A DNA stretch of 64,000 nucleotides, from the NCBI GenBank assembly GCA_030704615.1, contig CM060733.1, forward strand, positions 60,636,001 through 60,700,000. The letters run 5' to 3'. This document shows positions 27,272 through 36,974 of the stretch, piece by piece; position 1 is the stretch's first letter; each line of letters opens with the position of its first letter. Both the position numbers and the translations under genes were made by a program. Source of the DNA: Takakia lepidozioides (taxonomy: Eukaryota; Plantae; Bryophyta). The notes under the pieces were generated by a model. That model worked only from the letters and a program-made list of their open reading frames with translations, made no database searches and was not told where the DNA came from.

Positions 27272-28300
27272 TCAAATTGAACCCGAACTATCTCGCTGCA
27301 GTAATGTATGAACGTCACTGGGTCCTGATGTACATTGGTGAATGTACGTGTCTCGTTTAGGATCGCAAAACATCCTCTGAATGTAGATGTAGTAAAGATG
27401 CTTGCACGGGACAAATGTGCCTCTCTTACCAAGAGAGCTTGAGAGCGTGTTCTGAAAGTCCGGACAAGTGCAACTAGGAAAATCTACAATAGTAATCTCA
27501 TAGGTCCTGTCATGAACATCCGATCTAGAGGTCGCCATGGTGTGCACCCGCCCATAGCCTAACAAAGAAGACATTCACAATTTGGGTGACGCGACACTGC
27601 AGGGTTCTAGCAGACTTTATCTTGCACTCATTATCTGCATCAGCCTCAACCCAAAATACCGCATTTCCATTCCTTTTTGTGGACCAATCGTTGCCCTGTC
27701 AAGGACATGCAGGAAAGTTGGAAGGGAAAGCCATTGAAGAAATCGGCGTTACGACAGTTGGGCCTCTCAGAAGGCGAAACCCGGCCTCCTCCAGCACGTT
27801 AATTTCCAGTTTGGAGAGTGTGGTTCCTAACTTCACTGGCCACACGGCTGGAATTTGAGGCTTCATTATCACAGAATCCTGAACAGTCCCCATGACACAG
27901 CGCACAATGTCATCCGGGCAGAACCAAAACTTGTGAGGCCTAGACTCCCGCGACATGTAATGCTTGAACAAACTGGTGAATGTCGAGGCAGGAGTTCCGC
28001 ATGTCCACTTCGAAATCTGGACGGTGCACTTCTGAAACGAGGGTGCCCTAATAGCGACACACTTGACTTTTGATCCTTGGGAGTCCGTTCTATATGCCAC
28101 ATTGCCTCTATACGGTCAGGCTCCACTACCGGCAGCATGTTCTCTCCTTCTCCCCGGATTGTAGTGGTTGGAGACTCGAGAAGGAACGATGTTGAAGAAG
28201 ATTCACCCACGAAAGTGGGGGGGCACATGCACACGAGGTACCGAGAAGTAGTCCCTATCGTGGAATTGAGCAGGCCATCAACGAAGCAACGGACTTATGC
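27272..28300 (-). pseudogene. SWIM zinc-finger protein, frameshifted
   Basis: YEITIVDFPSCTCPDF-x13-PCKHLYYI SWIM signature; upstream Cys-rich segment WHIERT..KVKC..QKC..FWFCPDDIVRC. Confidence 0.7.
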
Positions 28301-28969
28301 CGCAAAAACGTTCACCAAACAGTTTTATATAGTTGATCCTAGTCTCGCTGCAGGATTCATGGACTAGGTGCGGCTCCATTGGAACAAGAGTGGCAAGCCA
28401 GAAATGACACATGAGAAGTGGCATAGGCTTGCAATGGCAATGGTGGAACCAAAGCACAAGGTGCGATCGCTTAAGATCTAGAACTCTGACCCTGTCCTCT
28501 GTTAGGCAAACAACTTTCATTTCGTGGGGCCTTTCAGCGATGTCGACTGGGACAAGTGGCTCCATAAAGCGATATTTTGGTGCCAGGTGCAGAAGTCATC
28601 CTGCCTTTGTCGGCGCAATAAACTGCATTGAAATTATAATTGTTTGTAAACGCATCGGAACACAAGCTTGTGTCTTGGCAGCTGAAGGAGAGGGGTTTGG
28701 AAGTTATGGAGCAAACTCTTCATGATTTCAAAATCGAGGTAATTGAGCCCGATGAATCTTTCGGCACTATCATTTGGAGGTGGAAAGAGATTGTTTGGAA
28801 GTATGCCTTCTTCCGTGAATTCGCAGTAGAGGGGGGAATTCTGCGCTCTAACCTGTTCAATGCGCAGTACAATGGGGAGCATGCAATGAAACGAGTCAAT
28901 TACAGGTTAGATTGGAACTGCATTCCCATTTTCATTTGCTTCCTTTTAGACCCGATTGCACTCTATGTT

Positions 28970-29652
28970 CTGGCTTGCATTAACGCAAATCTGATTACAG
29001 TATTTGATGTGGCTACGTATCCTGGTATCACAGACGTTTCTGTGCACATCGTTAACGCAAGCCTGAACCTTGCTTTGAAACTAGTCCCCTTCCTACACTC
29101 TGTGCACTTGTGCAAATCCAAGAAAACCACAACAAGCCTGACCAAGAGTGTGTTTTTTTTTTTAAATACTTATTTATTATTATTATTTATAAATTATTAT
29201 TATTATTAATTATTATTAATTTTTTTAAATAATTTTTTTACGAAAGGGGACTGGTTTCAGACCAGGGTTGAGGCTTGCGTTAACGCAAGCCTGACCAAGA
29301 GTGTTTTTTTTTTTTTTTTTTTTTATTTTTTTAAAATAATTTCTTTAATTTTTTTAAGGAAAGGGAATTGACCAGGGTTCAGGCTTGTGTTAACGCAAGC
29401 CTGACGAAGAGAGTGTGTGTGTGTGTGTGTGTGTGTTTTTTTTGTTTTTTTTTTTTTTTTCTTCCCTCCGAAAGGGGACTGGTTTCAAACCAGGGTTCAG
29501 GCTTGCGTTAGCGCAAGCCTGACCAAGAGTTTTTTTTTTTTTTTTGACCAAGAGTTTAATTTTATGTAATCTTTCTGTCCTTGGAGTCGTAGGAAAGGGG
29601 ACTGGTTTCAGACCAGGGTTTATGCTTGCATTAACACAAGCCTGACCAAGAG
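28970..29652. repeat. About 60-bp units containing the 22-bp palindrome AGGCTTGCGTTAACGCAAGCCT, separated by T-tracts
   Basis: Copies at 29271-29292, 29381-29402, 29499-29520, 29622-29643; partial or inverted copies at 28972-29140. Confidence 0.9.
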
Positions 29653-29805
29653 TGGAATTTTATGTAATATTTCCACCACGTATTCATGTTTGCGTATTCA
29701 TGCAGCATGCGTATTCATGCTTGCGTTGACTGGCTATTCTGATATCAATATGTGATTGGCTTCTGGTGATTTTCTGTTTGCTTTCATCGGAGGTATATCC
29801 ACGGA

Positions 29806-31296
29806 GTGCTTTCGCCTGGCGGTTTTATGAGCTCCTACCCATTCTTCATCGATAGCTGGGCAAAGACAAATCCTGACACAACTATGTACCCAACCGGTAT
29901 TTTGGAGGACTGGAGCAGATCTCATTTGAAAGACTGTGGCTTGTACCTGGATTGCCCCAAACAATCAATCACACCATGGGCGAAGAACATCCTTCGGAAC
30001 TTGAATGACAATGCAGAGGCTCTTGCTCCTCTGACGGATAGACAGCTGCAGTTGAGAGATCTCCGGGTTTTGAAAGCAAAGGAACCGGTGGTGAGTCAGA
30101 GCCCGAAGAAAAAGGACAGAAGAAGGAAAAAAGAAAAAGAGGTTGATCACGTTCAGACTTCAGCTTCTGGACAAGGTAGGGCTCAAAGGGGGTCAAAGGG
30201 GCCTGCTCAGTGTGACCGGCCATACGAGGCCCTTCCTAACCCTGGCAGAGGTGTTGCTACTCAATTCCAACACAAGACAGTGAACGAAGGTTTCTTGGAC
30301 ATGATGACATCTCAGAGGAAAGGAGCCACCGACGTGGAGAAGTCTCCGACTTGGGAGACACTGTCGTCATTCCTCACTCTGGTAAATTCATTATCTCTTC
30401 CAGCTTGTGTGTATGTAGATTTGAAGACTGTTTGCAGGTCTTCTAAGTGGGTATGCTTGTTGGATGTGAAGGCTGCCAAAGGTCCATCCTAGGTGAACGG
30501 GGAGAAGAAACCCTTTGCATGCGAGCTCGTAGTTGTGGATATTCCTGACGAGCTTCCAGTCCCCGACATTCCTCCGATGGGTGTGACTCCCGCCTGGAAT
30601 GCATGGAATGACCGCTACTGGCCTTGGGTCTTCAAATTTTGTGGGCATTCCTTGGCTGACAATGGTTGTCTGCTCATCCTCCAAGCAGCCAATTCAAAGT
30701 GTCGGCGCCAGCTCGCCAGTTTCCTTAAGTCAGGTGGAATGAAGGTGATTAAAAGTTGGAATGGGGTTAACATCTTGCCACTCGCAAAGGGGGACTTCCC
30801 AAGCCAGAAGGTAGATTCTCATTTCATCATTTGCTTTCAACCCTCCAGAAATGTCGCTACGGTTTTGACTTGTCTGTTTCCAATTTTTGTCTGTCCTTCT
30901 CCCCTACTATCTTTGCGTTGACGCAAGCATGGTGCAAGTGTTTTCATTAGTCTTTCCCCGACCCTGGCTTCGGTGCCCACTCCAGTGTCTTCCCTGTTTT
31001 AATCGTGCAGACTCGTGCTTTCGACGCGCACTGTCTTGTAAGAGAACGCCACCCATCCACACCGTCTTCCGTGAAGGAGTTCGAAGCCCTGAAGGGGGGG
31101 GCGCATGTTGACTCCTCTTACGATCCGGTGGATGATGATTTTATCTACAACTACGTGGATGCATCACTTATAGTGTTGCGGGCGTCCGGAGAGCCATGGA
31201 GAAGTGCACGGGAGAAGAGTCCGGCCTTCATGCAGACTGTCATCGAGTCCTGCAGTGTCCAAGGGTCCCGGGTTGTTGATCTCACTCTTGGAACAA
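29806..31296 (+). pseudogene. Beta-class N6-adenine/N4-cytosine DNA methyltransferase-like gene, 5' exons
   Basis: Motif order IV to X-I: LVVVDIPD (DPPY position), LADNGCLLI, EKSPAFMQTVIESCSVQGSRVVDLTLGT; NLS-like PKKKDRRRKK; GT-AG intron about 30811-31010; stop at 30490-30492. Confidence 0.75.
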
Positions 31297-31300
31297 GTTT

Positions 31301-31970
31301 GTGGGGGAGCAGCTTTTGCTGGGCCTTGACTGGATGAAGGGGGCAGAGGCCAGCCTAGACATCATGGGCAATGTGATGTGGTTACACAATGGTGAGGGCC
31401 AGCCTTATAAGGTAAATATCAACGCTGTCACCTTAGCTGATTGGTACCTCTTTAGCAAATTACACTCGATTGAAATTGCAAGCTCAGCACATGAAGGAAA
31501 CTGTAGGCCAGCACTACAATTGGGCCAGATGTCAATTTCAAGTCCCCGAGGGCTGCCTTTATCAATGGCAGTTCCCTTTACCAGGTAAGAAATCTGGTCC
31601 TCCTCTGCCAGTGGCCGAAAACACAATGCTAATCCACGCTCCTATCGACTTGGTCATTCCTGCTTTTTCTCAGCGTGTAATACCTTCTGGTCTAGTTTTT
31701 GCCTGCCCCCAAGGTCATTACATCGAGGTAGATGACCTTGCAAAAACATTGTCTGATTGCATCTGGAGTGATTGATAGAGGTTTCAAGGGTGAACTGAGA
31801 CTGTTGGTGGCTAATCTTGAGCGTATTGGCATTACCATTCGTAAGGGTCAAGTCTCAGCTAGGCTGTAGACCTACCCAAATAAAGGTGAGGCAGACCCTT
31901 TATCTGAGTTGGCTTCTGTTCAGAAAGGTCTCTCTTTCCACGACATAGGTTTGGTGGATTCCCCTCTTGA
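31301..31970 (+). mobile_element. Gypsy-1 fragment (protease C-terminus and dUTPase-like domain), inverted
   Basis: GEQLLLGLDWM...IHAPIDLVIPAFSQRVIPSGLVFACPQG...IGLVDSP, homologous to 45414-46829 but on the opposite strand to the rest of Gypsy-1. Confidence 0.88.
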
Positions 31971-32835
31971 CGGGGGATGCTAATCCGTGAGCGGCTCACG
32001 TGAGCGGAAAGATTCGTGAGCGAGAAGATGCTCATCCGTGAGCAGAAAGATGCTAATGGATGAGGATGATTGTCACCGCGCGGGCCTATAACTGTGGATG
32101 AGAAAACCCCGGGAGACCTGTATCCACGGGAAAGGATGCATACAACCAGGTAGTAGTTTGCAACTTTGTAGAAGAGACATTGTGCGCATGTGGATGAATA
32201 TTGGATGAATATTCGATGCATTCTGGATGAACGTAACATTGAACTTGGATGAACGCTGGTACACCGATGGATGGATGAATGCATGAATGCATGGATGAAC
32301 AATTGACAACAGGATGGATGTCGAGTGCCTGTATTGTGGACGCCTCAAATATGGATGAATGGAGAAACAAAATGAGGGAAGTTATGAAGAGAAGAATAGG
32401 TCCAGAGGCACACACCGGATTCAAATCAAACAACTCGGTACTGGTTTATTGATAGATACTAGTTTGAAAAGAAATGGATCATTTCGAACAAGAAGATGCA
32501 CTGCCAGAGGAGTTTGCATCCAAAACTGAAGCACAACTATCAATGAACACCCTAGCCCTGCTATCCACATTTCCCCTCCGGTCGCAAAGCAAAGGAGGGG
32601 GAGATGCCTGGAGAGCAAATTCTTTGGCTGCAGCCTCCACATAACATGGCAATTCAAGAAGGGGGGGTAGACTAGGATAGAAGTCCGGGTTCGCAAAGAA
32701 AGGGAGGAACCTTGGCGATCTTGGGCTCCTGCAAAAACACCCCTTTCATGAGCATCCCCCATCCTCACATGATAGTGGAGGCCCAACTAAAGAAGCAAAA
32801 GCTGACAAAGAAGAACGTAAAAGAATGGTGTAGAC

Positions 32836-33034
32836 TTACTCACAATCAAAATCGTCGTCAATGTCGGCCATGTCTTCGTGTTCCACGGCCACTGCTGCGA
32901 GCGTCGCATCTGTTTGCGTGCATGAACTCAAGCCCTCATGGAGAGGAGCTATCACCTCATTGTAGAGGTTGCAGGCATCGCCTCAAAGGCGAACATATGC
33001 CTTTCTGCTGCCTTGCAGGCACGGAATGAAGCCC
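32836..33034 (-). pseudogene. Last exon of the methyltransferase, displaced by inversion
   Basis: After acceptor TTTTGCATGTAG (phase 1) reads ASFRACKAAERHMFAFE, then after a frameshift NLYNEVIAPL; this continues motif I into motif II. Confidence 0.75.
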
Positions 33035-33132
33035 CTACATGCAAAACCGATCAATGAGCAAAGAGCAAGGCGTGCCTGCAATCCAAAAAGAACAGCAAAT
33101 GAAGGTAGAACATTGCGAGACTGTCAGTGCAA

Positions 33133-34687
33133 TTTGTGACAATACAGGTTAGTACCATTGTCTTACCACTGACACGGATAGGCACAGTAACCAAACCCAT
33201 GGGTTCATAGGCTGTACCATCGGCTATGGTTACTTCCAGCCCTTTTGCAGGCCGCAACTTGAGGCCTAATATGCGTACAATGGAGAGTGGAATGGCAAAC
33301 ATGGTGCAGTCTATGTCAATCACACATGAAAAAGAAAGGTGGCCACTGTGACACTGTGTCATCAAGAGATGTATGCGTTCTCTTCTAAGCACCCTAGAGG
33401 CTTCACAATGCATGAGTTTGAAATCATTGGACAAGATAGCACTAGCAACAGGTTGTGGGTTTGTAGAGAGATTGGCTGACACCCTTACGGACGATCTTGG
33501 TCGTTTAAATGGCCTTTCTGGGTTTTCTCTTTCTCATAACGATCAATGAGAGCAGGGAATTGAGAGAGGTAAGGGCAGAACCTGGTGTAGTGCTCTTTGG
33601 ATTTGCAAACCATGCATGCCACCATGGATAGTCTGGCTTCATACCTAGGGCCGGTGTTAGTCTTACCCTTGTGACCAGTGCTTTGGGAGCCAGCTGGTTT
33701 CCAGTTAACCTCTGCCTTGAAGGCCTGTAGTTGACCCTGGATTTCATCACGGAAGGAGGACAATTCATGCACAAGGGACGGTACCAATTCTTCTGCAAGG
33801 CCTTTCATCCCAAGGTGCCCATCAGTAATCACAACATCAGTTCTTTCACTGGCCAGATGTGTGTGTTTGATAGTGGCTGGTTTGGCAAATCCTGCCTTGG
33901 CAGCTTTTAGACGAAGACGTTCTTCTATTAATTCAACCATTTCATCCTCAGTAGTGTAAGTCTGTTTTTGTAGAAACACTTTCTCAGCAGGGGGCAAGCC
34001 CTTTACAAAACAATGTTTCAAAATAGTGGGTCTCTTTGAGGCAATTAGAACTGACTTACATATTGCAGTTCGCAAGTCAGTGTAGTATTTCCACACACTG
34101 TCACCATAATGAAATTTTAAGTTTGGTGTGGTGTAAGCTATGGGCTTTTCTTCACGAAAGAGCTTGCGAGCCAATTCTCTGGCTTCTACCCAAGTAAGAT
34201 CATTTTTGTACTTGATATTGGACTCAAACAGGCTGCCTGGCCTCTCCCTTGAGACAGATCCGAAAAGACTTTATTTGGAACCGTGGGGGAATACCATTCA
34301 TTTTTGTACTGATTTCAAAAAATTCCAAGAAAGACTCAAAATCCTCTCTAAGTTGTACTTAGGGTATTGTTGCTTATGCATTCGCTCCCCATGATCAGTT
34401 TTTTGTGATGTAGCGTCCGGAGCTTCAGTTTGTTTCAGCAACATCTTCATAAGTGGAGGGAAATTTGAAATCACCCCCATGGCTTCACACAGCTCGTCCA
34501 AATCAAATGTGGGTTGAGGCACAGTCGCCGGATCCTTGTGATCTCCGGACGACTCTCCCCTTTCCGTACTATTTCTTTCATTAGTTGCGGTCTCTTCCCT
34601 CTCCTCCACTGCACGTTTTTCCAACTCACTTAGTCTCATAGTCTCTTCTGCCTCTCTCTTTAGCATAGATCTTGTAAATACAGGCAT
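33133..34687 (-). mobile_element. Gypsy-1 gag and aspartic protease, degenerate
   Basis: MPVFTRSM start, zinc knuckle CMVCKSKEHYTRFC, protease FSCVIDIDCT..VTIADG. Confidence 0.88.
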
Positions 34688-35907
34688 GAGAAGAGGAGTA
34701 CACGGCTTATACCTGTCCGAAGGGGCACTGAGCTTCAAATCCCACCCAGACACACAGTGAGAGGTGATGAAGCGATGCTTGTGCAACAGGTACACTCCTT
34801 CCCCCAAGAAAGCCCACAACTCCTCTTCACCCTTGAGCCAAAAAATTACACGCACGATGCTGCGGACCACATTTTCTTTCACCAACAGCGTATGGGTAGG
34901 ATATCCCTTGGCTGCTTCAGACTTATAGAGACCTACTGTTTCACACCGAAAACACACCCCTGGAAAGATCAACACATCACGGGGACAAAAAGGAAAATCA
35001 GAGTCAGGAATATCAGTGATGAGTTCTTCCCAAATGGGATCCCGGGTAGGGGCTGATGGAATTCTAGGCCTCAAAATTAGCAAACAGAATTGATGTACCC
35101 CCTTTAACCAGCTCCCACAATCGTAGAGGGCTCGGCTTGTCAGGAGGCAGGAAGCTCTCAAGCTCTACACCCAATTCTCGACTCACTGAGAATTGTGGAA
35201 TGCCCAAGACAGCCCAACTAAGATTCTCACCACTCTCCAAGTGCTCCTTGGCACTAGCAAGGGGAAACTGCAGAGTGACTTCCCTGGAATGGAGCTTGAG
35301 GAGAAGGCGCGTGGCGTAGGCTCCCTGAAGAGACTCGCGAATGCGCCAGCTGTGTTCCCTCTGCTCCGCTTTAGTGTGTATGGGCTTGGAAGCTTCTTTG
35401 CATGCAATTTCCTCAAGGTCTTGACCTAGAACTCTGAGGGCGTGTCCAGCGGGAGCTCAGGCCATGGAATAGGTTCTCCCTCCGGATAATCGACAAACAC
35501 AAGCTGCTCAGATATCAGGTTACGTGCAAGTACACAAATATAGCGAGATTCCAACGCTTGGGTCTGTCTCAAGCGCAGGACCTCAAATTGATCAAGCTCA
35601 AACCAACCACGCTCAGAAATGGAAGCCATTGTGCTCACTTGCGAAACTCTCAAAACACAGAATAGCTTGAGCAGACAAACTCTCTCTCTCTCTCTCTCTC
35701 ACTGTGCATGATATACAAGCCGTCATTTTGCCACTACCTCTCCCCTCAATCATGCAGGATCCCCTGTACGCAATCTACTGTTTTCAGGTGTTTTGTATGA
35801 GCCAAATTCTCTGCTAACGATTTCTAGCTACTCCGCATCTCCACCATGATTCCGGCGCTATGGGTTTGTTCCCCTTCCTCTACCGGACTTAGTCATATAG
35901 GGGGGGA

Positions 35908-36387
35908 TGTAGTCGATAGATGGGCCTGGCAGAGAAGACGGAATCTCACGAAGAGGACGCAATAAAGTCGGACATCCAAAACACATTCATCAACACACTC
36001 AAGCACACCGTTACACCAAGTGTACACTCGCATAAGATCCAAAAGACACCCCCTCACTGCCACGGGAGTGTAGCTTAAATAGTATTAGGTCGTAATCTAA
36101 TCCTAGTGCCACGTGGCACTTACATATAGGTCAGTCAGATGCCCTTCCAACATAGCCATAGAAAGAAGCCATATCACCTAATCTAATCCTAAACTAGCTG
36201 TTAGAATAAGACATCACCTAATAAAGCCATAAGCTGTTGCCAACTCATCCTCATGTGCAAGGGGTAAGTTCATCCAGACTTCATCCCAGTTCCGTCCATC
36301 CCTAAATCATCTAGAGCGCCTCCCTCCTCCGTTCACCCAAGTCGAAAAAACAGGTGAGGCGGAATCCCAGCTCCACAGCCATCGACA
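35908..36387 (-). mobile_element. Gypsy-1 5' LTR
   Basis: TG...CA ends, TATTTAA on minus at 36075-36081; outer edge coincides with the point where identity to the left P450 arm stops. Partner LTR not in window. Confidence 0.7.
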
Positions 36388-36417
36388 CATAAACTATATT
36401 TGTCCATAACAGCATAG

Positions 36418-36595
36418 TTTTTTTTTTTTTCTCAAAAAGAGAAACACCTGGGAGCGACAGCTCGCAAATCAGGCCCCTGAATTATAGTGAGAGGAAAAAT
36501 TACCTCTTTCATACCACAGCCATCAAGGTAGCAGGATTTTACCCCAGAATCATCTCGGTGGCATTGAGTGCAATATCCAACTGAGCTACCAACTG
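36418..36595 (-). mobile_element. tRNA-derived SINE
   Basis: A box GGTAGCTCAGTTGG, B-box-like GGTAAAATCC, 13-nt poly(A) tail; absent from left arm; related to 41718-41959. Confidence 0.75.
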
Positions 36596-36974
36596 TTGGT
36601 ATAATCTTAAAAGTTATATTTGTTGCCAACCAGCAGGCTATCAGAAACAAGAAAGCTCAAAAACCAAGCTCAACAACCCCCTAACTGGACGATGTGATAT
36701 GAACACAAAGGGAAGTTAAACATCTGTAACCGTCTGATATCAAAAATATCAAATAACCGCGCAACACTGGTATTAGTAACTCCCAAGGAGTGAAAGCTGT
36801 GTACAGAAAGGATTATTTTATGGGCCTCTGAAAAACAAAGAAAGGAAAAAGAAAGGATTTGCAATTTGTTGCTTTAGCCAGCTGGTATTAGAAGTATACC
36901 ATATATATATATTCAGCAAGAGCTACTTAGCTTAAATAAGAGCCTCTCGGTATCAGAGTTTACTGTGTCCTTGG

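Larger units (their letters stand above)
26120..33132. mobile_element. Insertion B: putative DNA transposon carrying SWIM and amino-methyltransferase genes (right part lies in the 31301-33132 inversion; true right end about 31972)
   Basis: Interrupts Gypsy-1 pol between LVDSPLD (31970) and QILQDIT (26117). GCTCACG/CGTGAGC repeats at both ends (26151-26250, 31986-32045) and GGATGAAT repeats near both ends. No TIR or TSD recognised. Confidence 0.65.

Noticed and set aside
28640-29209. 189-aa plus-strand ORF
   Set aside because: No motif recognised; runs into repeat and AT-rich sequence.
21630-33034. Endogenous giant-virus segment (kinase plus DNA MTase)
   Set aside because: No viral hallmark genes seen, low gene density, spliceosomal introns and transposon-type repeats; ultimate viral origin of single genes is not excluded.
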